Assembly: GCA_013415795.1 (NCBI GenBank)
Contig: JAAEEL010000020.1
Span: forward strand, 1 to 37,334
DNA: 37,334 nucleotides
Source: Methanocellales archaeon
Lineage (GTDB): Archaea; Halobacteriota; UBA148
Direction of reading: 5' to 3'
Below the pieces are notes generated by a model that was given only the letters and a program-made list of their open reading frames with translations, made no database searches and was not told the DNA's origin. A program made the translations under genes and the position numbers. This document shows, one piece after another, positions 24,918-33,763 of the stretch (within the stretch, counting starts at the first letter, position 1; each line of letters opens with the position of its first letter).

Positions 24918-25322
24918 ATGAAATGCTGGACCGAAGATGAAATCAAGCTGCTTAGAAGGCATGCTTCATCATCAAAAGAGGAATTAATAAAAATTTTCCC
25001 AGACAGATCGTGGGCAAGCATAAAGAAAAAAAGATCGAGGATCACAAAGACGAGAAAACTCCCGAAGTGGTTTTCTTTTGACTTGCTCAAAGACAAATCA
25101 ATAGAAGAGTTGGCCGAGGAGAAGGGGCTAAACACGAGAACCATTCATAGAATTATACAAGCAGGTGGCAGATCGGTAAAGGAATTTAAGAGGTCCCCTT
25201 TTTCAAAATACGAGTTTATGATGGCAGATGATTTGTTCTCCCCATGCGTTGGCTGTACTGGTGGGGAATGCATGCCAGAACATTGTGCTAATTTAGAGGT
25301 ATGGATCCAAAAATTGATATGA
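24918..25322 (+). CDS. Hypothetical DNA-binding protein: SANT/Myb-like repeat + HTH + C-terminal Cys cluster
   Basis: 134 aa starting 6 nt after the Sm gene stop. WTEDEIKLLRRH...IFPDRSWASIKKKRSRI resembles a Myb/SANT repeat. SIEELAEEKGLNTRTIHRIIQAG resembles an HTH. The C-terminus carries CVGCTGGECMPEHC. The domain calls are by-eye pattern matches. Confidence 0.5.
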   Translation: MKCWTEDEIKLLRRHASSSKEELIKIFPDRSWASIKKKRSRITKTRKLPKWFSFDLLKDKSIEELAEEKGLNTRTIHRIIQAGGRSVKEFKRSPFSKYEFMMADDLFSPCVGCTGGECMPEHCANLEVWIQKLI

Positions 25323-25457
25323 AGCCTTTATGATGCCAAGTTTTATCGCCTCTTCCGCATCTTCAGCGACTATTAAATCTTACGTCTACCAGTAAAACCC
25401 CTTCTGCCACACACCCAAATTTCTCAGACAGCAGCACATTCAATCACATTAGCCTAT

Positions 25458-26516
25458 TTACACATCTACACCCGCATTAAAACTCGAGACTGCCATGGCG
25501 GCATTTTTGAGCAATTTTAGAGCTGCTTCCTGATGAATAAAACCCCCTAGACCACAATCTGGACCTGAGTATTTTATCCTGTTTCCAAATTTCTGATATG
25601 CTATTTCGAGCCTTCTCTTTATTATGTTGACGTTTTCGGTCTCGTCGATCATTTGCAACGCTTTACATGTATCCCTCCATATATCAATTCCAGTCGCATC
25701 CCTATATCCTGCTGCCATAGCATCTATGTCCGTTCTAGCTATTCCAACACGTAAAAACTTATCATATTTGTCCAGATCTTTCTTCGATATCACATCCAGA
25801 CTGCTGGGCGTAGATGCAGATTCCACACCAACGATGTTTATGCCATCCACTCCGTATATTTTCTCGGTCTCCAGTGGAGAGTGAAGATGAATCTGAACGT
25901 CCATTCCTTTCGCTGGATTGGAGACTTTTTCTAGCGCCATCAGCAATTCGTCATCCTCTATTATCAACTGTGGGTCCACTCCAAGACTTGGTTCGTCGAT
26001 AGATATCACCCGCGTCTCAAGATGTTTTTTTCTCAGAATGCCATTTTTCACGAAATTGGACAAGCTTTTTGCCAAACTCTCCAACACGTCAACATGGATC
26101 ACATGGCCATAGCCCCTGATATGCAGTTCGACTGGCCCGGTAATGCAGACCTTTATACCCAATGCTTTGCCCGATGAATCATGATGTTCCTTTGCAACAT
26201 GCTCTATGGCACTGAGTTCGTGGATATTCGCTTTGTCCTCTTTAATCATCAGAGGTTTGTCGACCCAGTTCTTTGGATTTGTTATGGGGTACAAAAACTG
26301 AGAGATCATATTTTGTAATTGAGGATAGGTGAGCACGTCAACTCCAGATAGCATTTTCATCCGCATGACATCTTGCACCAATCGCTCATACTGATCGTGA
26401 TCGTTGATCACCATCTTCCCTATGTCTTGTCTTGTCAAACTCTTTGGAAGTGGAAAACTTCCTATGTCGTCAGATGCGATGAAATCCATTTTTGGGTCAT
26501 CTCCTCTATTCATCAT
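25458..26516 (-). CDS. MetE-like protein (cobalamin-independent methionine synthase catalytic-domain family / UROD-like TIM barrel)
   Basis: 352 aa. ISIDEPSLG resembles the MetE (I/V)QIDEP motif, and GPDCGLGG resembles the C-terminal Zn-Cys motif PDCGL. The usual HxC Zn motif appears as HLHS. It shares a 4-nt overlap with the upstream gene. Confidence 0.55.
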   Translation of the reverse strand: MMNRGDDPKMDFIASDDIGSFPLPKSLTRQDIGKMVINDHDQYERLVQDVMRMKMLSGVDVLTYPQLQNMISQFLYPITNPKNWVDKPLMIKEDKANIHELSAIEHVAKEHHDSSGKALGIKVCITGPVELHIRGYGHVIHVDVLESLAKSLSNFVKNGILRKKHLETRVISIDEPSLGVDPQLIIEDDELLMALEKVSNPAKGMDVQIHLHSPLETEKIYGVDGINIVGVESASTPSSLDVISKKDLDKYDKFLRVGIARTDIDAMAAGYRDATGIDIWRDTCKALQMIDETENVNIIKRRLEIAYQKFGNRIKYSGPDCGLGGFIHQEAALKLLKNAAMAVSSFNAGVDV

Positions 26517-27478
26517 CGAAGATAGATGTGCTTAAAATCTTTGGTGTATATCCAAGGGTCTTCCGTCTCAGCCTCCTTCTTAAGACGGAGGCAGTAGTCT
26601 ACCTTTGCATCACATTCATCTGAAAAGTATATCGCAAGGGCTTCTGGAAATTGCGGTTTCTTGGGCGATCCGTATTCGTTATGTCCATGATGACTTAGAA
26701 TAATGTGTGCCAACTTCAATCTAAGGGTCTCCGGGAAATTTTCAAGCCTGCCTATCCTGTCCAGGACCATCTGCTCCCCAACGACCAGATGCCCCCTCAG
26801 CATTCCCTCTTCAGATATGTCTATGCTTGTTGTTATGGCATACTCTTCTGTTTTACCTATGTCATGGAGAACTGCACCAGTCAAAAGCAAGTCCTTATCC
26901 AACGAGGGGTGAAGTATATATATGGAGTTACATAGCTTGACCACATTCAGCGTATGTTCGAGCAATCCGCCAATATAATTTTGATGCCTATGCATGGATC
27001 CGGGACAATTCTTGAATTTCTCGACGAATTCCCAGTCATCGAAAAAGGAATGTAGAAGAGTCTTCAGGTGTGAATTCTGCACAAAATCGACAATTTCCAG
27101 AAGTTCCCGCATCATCTGACCCATATCTTTGCTAGTTTTCGAGACAAAATCACCCATATCATACTCAGAGGGTTCGCACCTCCGCAAGGTATGGGTTGTG
27201 TCCAGGGCTATCTCCAATCTGTCCCTGAACTCGCTAACTCTGCCCGTGATGTGGATGACATCGTTCGTTTGGAATATACCGTAGATCTCCTTTATCTGCT
27301 CTTCGTTCCTGTCTCCCCAGTATTTTGCCGTGATCTCACCACTGTTATCGCTAACCCTGAACTCAAACCAAAACCCAGAGGCATATTCTCTCGGCGGTTT
27401 TTTGTATTTGATCGCGAAGAGACTGTCCACGTTGTCCCCCACCCTTAGGTCCTTGACGAACTGATTTTTTCTCACCAT
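26513..27478 (-). CDS. OB-fold + HD-domain phosphohydrolase (YhaM-like 3'-5' exonuclease architecture)
   Basis: N-terminal OB-like segment (VKDLRVGDNVDSLFAIK...FEFRVSDNSGEITAKYWG) and an HD domain (HRHQNYIGGLLEHT...VLHDIGK). I place the start at ATG 27478; the longest ORF extends to 27499. Confidence 0.7.
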   Translation of the reverse strand: MVRKNQFVKDLRVGDNVDSLFAIKYKKPPREYASGFWFEFRVSDNSGEITAKYWGDRNEEQIKEIYGIFQTNDVIHITGRVSEFRDRLEIALDTTHTLRRCEPSEYDMGDFVSKTSKDMGQMMRELLEIVDFVQNSHLKTLLHSFFDDWEFVEKFKNCPGSMHRHQNYIGGLLEHTLNVVKLCNSIYILHPSLDKDLLLTGAVLHDIGKTEEYAITTSIDISEEGMLRGHLVVGEQMVLDRIGRLENFPETLRLKLAHIILSHHGHNEYGSPKKPQFPEALAIYFSDECDAKVDYCLRLKKEAETEDPWIYTKDFKHIYLR

Positions 27479-27517
27479 ATTTTCTCGCCCACCAGTCACC
27501 TTTCTTTATTCATCTTT

Positions 27518-28126
27518 TCAGACATCATTCTTTTGATTTAGAAATAAACATTCATCACATTTATGCTTGTTACAAAATTCTTTTCCATAGTTGACAATAA
27601 GGGCGTGGAACTCTTTGAACATAGCTATGTCGTTAGGTAATTCATTCTCAAAACGTTCCTGCAACAGATCATAGCCTCCCGATATGCCAAGGCACTTACA
27701 GATGCGAGCCGTATAGGCATCGATGACGAATTTCGGCCTGTCTAGTGCATAGAGAAGTATGCTGTCTGCTGTCTCCTTTCCGATGCCCTTTAGTGAGAGC
27801 AGATCGTTCCTTAGGTTTTCAAGGGGCATCTCAGATGTTGATAAATTTTCAGCAAAATATACCGAAGCAGTCTGTAGTCGTTCTGCCTTTTGCCTGTAGA
27901 ACCCAGTACATTTAACCAGTGACTCCAGTTTTGACCTATCGACCTTGGCGAGGGCATCAGGCTCCAGCAGATTGTGTTCCTTCAGATTGTTAATAGCCAT
28001 TTCCACGTTCTCCCACCTCGTCCGCTGGGTTAGTATGGCACCAACTACCACTTCAAAAGGGGTTTCTGCGGGCCACCATTGCTGTTCTCCCAACTCTTCC
28101 AGAAGTTTGTTGTAGATTTCGATCAT
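27518..28126 (-). CDS. Endonuclease III-related HhH-GPD superfamily protein
   Basis: 202 aa with WWPAETPFEVVVGAILTQRTRWENV, the HhH motif LLSLKGIGKETADSILLYA, the Asp in VIDAYTARI, and C-terminal cysteines (CNKHKCDEC). Confidence 0.8.
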   Translation of the reverse strand: MIEIYNKLLEELGEQQWWPAETPFEVVVGAILTQRTRWENVEMAINNLKEHNLLEPDALAKVDRSKLESLVKCTGFYRQKAERLQTASVYFAENLSTSEMPLENLRNDLLSLKGIGKETADSILLYALDRPKFVIDAYTARICKCLGISGGYDLLQERFENELPNDIAMFKEFHALIVNYGKEFCNKHKCDECLFLNQKNDV

Positions 28127-28527
28127 TTTTGTCCTACATTATCGATAATTTTCTGTTGAATAAGAGAGACTTTTTATCCTCAGTTGCGAATGAGAGAAGT
28201 TTATCCAAACGATATTCGGCCATCGGATCGTTGATGATTGGATTACTTTTTTGGGATTAGATTATATGACATCTTAGTGTCAATATCGCCGTTTTTGATA
28301 CATCTGTTAATCTCATGATGAAACTGCTTTTAATTTTTTGTATTTGCGCGGCTTTGGACGTTTAGTCTTTATAATTCTTTATAATAGTAGAGTAATTAAT
28401 CAATTAATAGCAGATCGATTTGAATATTTAAAAATTTATGGAATCATTAGGTACTTAGTTTAAGTTTAATTTACATCCCAAGATTTTATCAGATTGGTAA
28501 AAGATGGGTTAAGAGGTTGTCTAAAAA

Positions 28528-29007
28528 ATGGAAAACGATTGTGAGTGTCCAATATTGGATAAAAAGGATTGGGACCTTAAGAAACATCATTGGAATGAAA
28601 GAGCCTTCTACAGAATAAAGCATTTCTTGTTTCTTCACATGCCAATTGGCATTGGTAGAGCAATTAAAAAAGGCATGGATAAAATCGAAGAAAGGGGCTA
28701 TACGGTCAAACCACCATACATGATGCTCGATGATGAAACTGGATTCTTTTCTGCAAACATGTTGATTGCAATAGAAGAGATTCCAAAAAATGTTCCTGAT
28801 GTAGAAGTGTGGAGTCCTGCAACCACTTATTCAAAATATTATCACGGTCCTTTCAAGGGTTTGAAAAAAGAGATAACCGAACTCATAGATTTTGTTGAAA
28901 ATAAGGAGAAAAAGAAGCCAGTCAGGATTTACTCATGGGTCACGAATTGTCCAAAATGCTGGGAAAAACACGGCGGACCTAAGACAATAATTTTTGCCAG
29001 AGTTTAA
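28528..29007 (+). CDS. Hypothetical protein (159 aa) with N-terminal CxC and C-terminal CPKC
   Basis: Clean ORF with an ATG start, preceded by a 400-bp AT-rich gap. I recognise no family with confidence. Confidence 0.5.
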   Translation: MENDCECPILDKKDWDLKKHHWNERAFYRIKHFLFLHMPIGIGRAIKKGMDKIEERGYTVKPPYMMLDDETGFFSANMLIAIEEIPKNVPDVEVWSPATTYSKYYHGPFKGLKKEITELIDFVENKEKKKPVRIYSWVTNCPKCWEKHGGPKTIIFARV

Positions 29008-29127
29008 GATAAGATAAAAAAACATGAAATGAAAATGGGCAAATAACTATAAGAGAATGGATTAGGTTATATCAGATGGACGCGAACTGGAATAGCATAA
29101 AGGCAGGAAGTTAAAGGGGTATAATCA

Positions 29128-29733
29128 GTGAGAATTCTTGGTTATAATACGAGTTTGATAGAGACGTTAATAATAGCCAATGCAGTGATGTTCATTATCA
29201 CATTGATAAATCCGGGTTTAATAATAAATAATCTGGGTCTTCAACCTTCTTTAGCCCTTGAAAGACCGTGGACATTGGTTACATCCATGTTCCTGCATGG
29301 TGGCCTTTGGCACATATTTGCCAACATGTTTACGCTATTTTTCTTTGGCAATTACCTCCAGGGTCTGATTGGTAATAGAGACCTGTTAAAACTATATTTC
29401 GTTGGCGGCACACTCGGGAATATCCTCGTTGTTTTTTTGGCGGCTCCCGACTCGATAGCAGTTGGCGCCTCTGGTGCGATATTCGCGCTCGGAGGTACCC
29501 TATCCGTGTTAAGACCTAACCTCAGGGTATTCATTATTCCCATTCCCATCCCAATACCGCTCTGGATTGCCGTGATTGGCGGTTTCTTAGTACTTTCATT
29601 AATGCCTTTTATTTCATGGCAGGCACACTTGGGAGGGTTGATTGTAGGACTTGTATTTGGCTATTATTTCAAAAAAAATGGCGTTGGACGGGAAGGAGCA
29701 TACAGATTCTACGACTATGAATATAGATATTGA
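29128..29733 (+). CDS. Rhomboid-family intramembrane serine protease
   Basis: 201 aa with HGGLWHIFANM (HxxxN), the catalytic GASGAIFAL (GxSG) and the downstream AHLGG histidine; multiple TM segments. GTG start after AAAGGGG. Confidence 0.85.
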   Translation: MRILGYNTSLIETLIIANAVMFIITLINPGLIINNLGLQPSLALERPWTLVTSMFLHGGLWHIFANMFTLFFFGNYLQGLIGNRDLLKLYFVGGTLGNILVVFLAAPDSIAVGASGAIFALGGTLSVLRPNLRVFIIPIPIPIPLWIAVIGGFLVLSLMPFISWQAHLGGLIVGLVFGYYFKKNGVGREGAYRFYDYEYRY

Positions 29734-29775
29734 AAAATATCTTGATACTTAATATTTTCAGGAAAGATGTTAATG

Positions 29776-31149
29776 TTATTTTTGGGAGATATATTCATGA
29801 ATCGCTCTGGCGGCTCTCTTTCCTGCCCCCATGGATTCAATAACAGTAGCAGCACCAGAAACAATATCACCGCCAGCAAATACCCCCTCTTTGGACGTCA
29901 TGCCATTCTCGTCGACCAACAAGGTACCCCTCTCAGTAACTTGTAGTCCCTCTGTAGTTCTCGATATCAGTGGATTGGGGCTTTGACCAATGGCTATTAT
30001 CACGGTATCGACGTCAATGGTAAACTCAGAATTTTTTATTATGACGGGCTTTCTTCTACCGGATTCGTCTGGATCTCCCAGCTCCATCCGAACGCATTCA
30101 ATTTTTTTTACCCAACCCTTCTCATCGCCCAAGATTTTCGTCGGTAGGGTTAGAAACTTAAATTTAATTCCCTCTTCCTTGGAGTGCTCTATTTCCTCCT
30201 GCCTGGCAGTCATTTCCTTTTCTGTTCTTCTGTACAGGATGCACACTTCATCAGCCCCCAGTCGTAGAGCTGCTCTTGCAGAGTCCATTGCTACATTACC
30301 ACCACCGATCACCGCCACTTTCTTGCCTTCTCTGATGGGCGTGTCATACTCTGGAAACAAATAAGCGCCCATTAGATTAATTCTTGTCAAAAACTCATTT
30401 GCAGAGTAAACTCCACATAGGTCCTCACCAGGTATATCCATCCAGCGAGGTAAGCCCGCACCGGTTCCTATGAATACAGCATCGAATTCTTCCAGAAGTT
30501 CATCGATACTGATCGTTTTTCCTATAATGACACCAGTTTTAATGGAAACTCCAAATTTTTTTATGTAATCGATTTCCGCTCTAACTATTTCCTTCGGCAA
30601 CCTGAACTCGGGGATGCCATAAACGAGCACCCCACCAGTCGCATGAAGAGCCTCAAAAAGGGTCACCTGGTACCCAAGCTTTGCTAGATCCGCAGAAACG
30701 GTTATTCCTGCCGGACCGGAGCCCACAACTGCCACTTTTTTGCCTGTAGACTTTGGTTTACTTGAAATCTTAAACCCCTTTTGACGATCGTAATCAGCAA
30801 CGAACCTTTCAAGTTTACCTATGGCCACTGGCTCCCCTTTCTTAGCTAATAAACAGAATTTCTCACATTGATTTTCGTGAGGGCAAACGCGTCCACAAAT
30901 AGCTGGCAGTTGGTTTTTATTTCTCACTACTCTGATGGCCTCATCAAAACTGCCATCTTTGATACGCTCGATAAAATCAGGTATGTCAACTTCCACAGGA
31001 CATCCATTTATGCAGCCTGGATCAGCGCAGTGCAAGCATCTTTTGGCTTCAGAAACTGCTTGATCGGCGCTGTAACCCAGAGCCACCTCCTCAAAATTTT
31101 TAATTCTCTTTTCAGGATCTTGCTCCTGCATCGGTATTCTAAGCGTCAT
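29776..31149 (-). CDS. NfnB / SudA / GltD-like NAD(P)H-dependent oxidoreductase large subunit (glutamate synthase small-chain family)
   Basis: 457 aa with N-terminal Fe-S cysteines (CLHCADPGCINGCP, CGRVCPHENQCEKFC) and two Rossmann motifs (VAVVGSGPAG, VAVIGGGNVAMD). Confidence 0.85.
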   Translation of the reverse strand: MTLRIPMQEQDPEKRIKNFEEVALGYSADQAVSEAKRCLHCADPGCINGCPVEVDIPDFIERIKDGSFDEAIRVVRNKNQLPAICGRVCPHENQCEKFCLLAKKGEPVAIGKLERFVADYDRQKGFKISSKPKSTGKKVAVVGSGPAGITVSADLAKLGYQVTLFEALHATGGVLVYGIPEFRLPKEIVRAEIDYIKKFGVSIKTGVIIGKTISIDELLEEFDAVFIGTGAGLPRWMDIPGEDLCGVYSANEFLTRINLMGAYLFPEYDTPIREGKKVAVIGGGNVAMDSARAALRLGADEVCILYRRTEKEMTARQEEIEHSKEEGIKFKFLTLPTKILGDEKGWVKKIECVRMELGDPDESGRRKPVIIKNSEFTIDVDTVIIAIGQSPNPLISRTTEGLQVTERGTLLVDENGMTSKEGVFAGGDIVSGAATVIESMGAGKRAARAIHEYISQK

Positions 31150-31155
31150 CTTTAA

Positions 31156-31905
31156 CTATCCCAGCACCAAGGCCAACTTTTCTTCTGTTAGGTATCTTTG
31201 CAGTCTAGTCATCAAATGATCAAAGTCAACCCCATGGGCATCAAATTCTGGTCCATCCACACAGGTAAACTTAGTCTCACCATCAACCCTAACCCTACAA
31301 GAGCCACACATTCCCGTTCCGTCCACCATAATTGGATTTAGACTTACTATGGTCCTTATGTTGTGCGGCCTCGTAACATTGGCTACTGCCTTCATCATTA
31401 TAACCGGTCCAACAGCTTCCACAAGATCGATATTTTTTCTTTCATCGATCAGCTTTTGTAGAATGTCTGTAACGAAACCATGATGTCCTTTGGAGCCGTC
31501 ATCCGTCGTTATGTAAAGTTCATCGCTTATTTTCTGCAATTCTTCCTCTAATATTAACAATTCTTTGGTTCTGGCTCCGATGATAGATATGACCTTATTT
31601 CTGGCTTTTGCTAATTCTTTGACCTTAAGATATATGGATGCCGCGCCAACTCCGCCACCGATACAGACAACTCTTCCATATCTTTTGATCTCTATTGGAT
31701 TTCCCAAAGGACCCGCAAAATCCAAGATTTGGTCACCCTCGTTTAGATTTCCCAATCTTTTTGTGGTCTTGCCAACTTCTTGAAATATGATAGTGATAGT
31801 TCCTTTTTGAACATCGAAATCAGCAATGGTTAATGGTATCCGCTCTCCTTTTTCATCTATTCGCAAGATTATAAATTGTCCTGGCTTAGCTTTCTTTGCA
31901 ACCAA
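31156..31905 (-). CDS. NfnA / SudB / PyrK-like FAD and [2Fe-2S] electron-transfer subunit (N-terminus probably extends to about 31980)
   Basis: PGQFIILR (FAD-binding barrel), GGGVGAA (NAD-like fold) and the C-terminal cluster motif DGTGMCGSCRV...FTCVDGP. The coordinates are the track ORF (TTG start). See the finding on the missing canonical start. Confidence 0.8.
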   Translation of the reverse strand: MVAKKAKPGQFIILRIDEKGERIPLTIADFDVQKGTITIIFQEVGKTTKRLGNLNEGDQILDFAGPLGNPIEIKRYGRVVCIGGGVGAASIYLKVKELAKARNKVISIIGARTKELLILEEELQKISDELYITTDDGSKGHHGFVTDILQKLIDERKNIDLVEAVGPVIMMKAVANVTRPHNIRTIVSLNPIMVDGTGMCGSCRVRVDGETKFTCVDGPEFDAHGVDFDHLMTRLQRYLTEEKLALVLG

Positions 31906-32052
31906 TGGAGCGAATACTTCAAATAATTTGACGGTTGGAGCTAGCTCTTTTTTGTTAATGATCGTATTTATTTTAGATATTAACTTCCCTCCTGTTTGTG
32001 CAAAGACCTATCCAAGCAGTGGTATTTTAAGTTATGGTTTGCTTATAACGAT

Positions 32053-32712
32053 ATGATGTTAGAGTCGTTTTACTTGATGATTGGAAAAATAACCGTCTAT
32101 TTCTTCCTAATAGCTGCAGTAACGACCATATTCATAGCAATCTTTGTGATACATTCATTCAGGACTGGTAGTTTTCCTTTCCCAAATGTTGTGCTCTCTG
32201 GAATATTAGTTTTGGAGGGTTCGATCAAGGCACTATTCCGATTGTTTAAGGTAGATGATTCGATAGTAGATGACGTCGTCATTAGATTAAGAAATAAGGT
32301 TTCTTTAAAAAGGTTCAAGGGTCTTCCCTTTGAAAAGAAGTCGATATTTCTGCCCCAGTGTCTTCGCTCAGTGAACTGCCCGGCGAAGCTCTCACCAGAG
32401 GGTATCCAATGCATAAACTGCGGTCGATGTAAAATCGGGGATGCGAAAAAAAAGTTAGAGTCCTCGGGTTATAGGGTTTTCGTCGTCCCTGGATCAAGTT
32501 TCATCAAGCGAATGGTAGAAAAATATAGACCTGAGGCGATCCTGGGTGTTGGGTGCATATCAGAAGTGAAAGATGGTATGGATTTATGTCATAGATTCGG
32601 TGTTCCGGCGGTGGCCATTCCATTGGACACAGATGGTTGTATATCCACTGAGTTAGATTGGGATGTTTTTTATAATACGACAAAAGCAGACAAGATTGCT
32701 AGTGAATCATAA
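32053..32712 (+). CDS. DUF116-family protein (membrane-anchored, Cys-rich)
   Basis: N-terminal TM helices followed by LPQCLRSVNCPAKLSPEGIQCINCGRCKIG and VVPGSSF...GVGC, as I recall for DUF116. ATG 32053 is preferred; the TTG at 31996 would sit on the nfnA-like ribosome-binding site. Confidence 0.7.
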   Translation: MMLESFYLMIGKITVYFFLIAAVTTIFIAIFVIHSFRTGSFPFPNVVLSGILVLEGSIKALFRLFKVDDSIVDDVVIRLRNKVSLKRFKGLPFEKKSIFLPQCLRSVNCPAKLSPEGIQCINCGRCKIGDAKKKLESSGYRVFVVPGSSFIKRMVEKYRPEAILGVGCISEVKDGMDLCHRFGVPAVAIPLDTDGCISTELDWDVFYNTTKADKIASES

Positions 32713-33667
32713 CATTAGTTATCGCATCTATTGGAATAGCTGTAAATCCCTTCTCATTAAGATATTGCGCGAGTTTTGTCGGCCGGCCCCCAGGAGGATG
32801 ATAAAGGATCGTAACCTCTGGATTACAATCGTGCACCATTTCCATCAAGCCATCGAAATCGAGGTGATCGCTTATCTGAATTCGTTGATGCGAACAACTC
32901 CTCCCAGTTAATACGAATTTATCCAGATGATCTGGTAAGCGATTCAAATAACGTGGTGGAACGATGCGCATTTTGCCATTTTCGCCTAGATCTGCCAGCG
33001 GCCCCATGTGTTCCATTAATTCTCTAGTCAATTCCAGTGATTTACTGTCCATAACTATTTCTTCTCCATAACCCAGCATACGAAGTAGTTTTACCGCCCT
33101 TTGAGCCTTACCAAATGAATATGCACCGAATGCAACGTTCTCCCTAATCGCATCCTTGAAGGCGCCTATATCGTCCTTAAACCTGCATTGTGGATCGTAG
33201 GGATCTCCATAGGTTGCTTCCGTAACAAGAACATCGCATCTTGGAAGATGAGAAGAATCCTTGACATCTCCTGTTGCCAGTATGGTGGTACCGACTTCAT
33301 TTTCCCAAGAAAAAGCTGTGGATCCGATGGTATGACCTGTCGGATGCGTTCGAATCCTAACGCCGTCCATATCCAAATTATCTCCGACCTTAAAGGTCGT
33401 CCCAACAAATCTTCTTCCACATAAGATCTCAAGAGCTTTCGCTGTTTTTTCAGATGCTACAGACTTTTTGGAAGCCATTGCAGAGCGACCATAATGATCC
33501 GAATGTGCGTGGGTTATCAAAAGTCTATGGGAGTCTTCGTTAGGGGTGGTATCGATTCCAAATACATGTCGCTTTTCTGACCTAAATAGGATCAACAGAT
33601 GTGGCGTATACCCTTTCGAACTCCTCCTACGTATTGGCAATACACCCAGATCTATCAGTTTTTTCAA
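32699..33667 (-). CDS. Metallo-beta-lactamase fold hydrolase, short beta-CASP-like (putative nucleic-acid exonuclease)
   Basis: 322 aa with HxHxDH motif (THAHSDHYG), the downstream His in TGHTIGS, ATGD, and TEATYG typical of beta-CASP members. It overlaps the convergent DUF116 gene by 14 nt. Confidence 0.7.
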   Translation of the reverse strand: MKKLIDLGVLPIRRRSSKGYTPHLLILFRSEKRHVFGIDTTPNEDSHRLLITHAHSDHYGRSAMASKKSVASEKTAKALEILCGRRFVGTTFKVGDNLDMDGVRIRTHPTGHTIGSTAFSWENEVGTTILATGDVKDSSHLPRCDVLVTEATYGDPYDPQCRFKDDIGAFKDAIRENVAFGAYSFGKAQRAVKLLRMLGYGEEIVMDSKSLELTRELMEHMGPLADLGENGKMRIVPPRYLNRLPDHLDKFVLTGRSCSHQRIQISDHLDFDGLMEMVHDCNPEVTILYHPPGGRPTKLAQYLNEKGFTAIPIDAITNVMIH

Positions 33668-33763
33668 AAGGCACCCATCCCTCTTGATAGGAATTGTGTC
33701 TTAAGATATATATAGATATATGAAAAGTTATTTCTGCTCTAAAGGTTAAATGTTGAAGAGATT

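Noticed and set aside
28231-28318. C/D-box sRNA suggested by two TGATGA motifs (similar motifs occur near 24596, 25332 and 33908)
   Set aside because: No CTGA D/D' boxes lie at the required 10-12 nt guide spacing. The two TGATGA motifs are about 82 nt apart, too far for a single archaeal C/D sRNA, and there are no terminal complementary stems.
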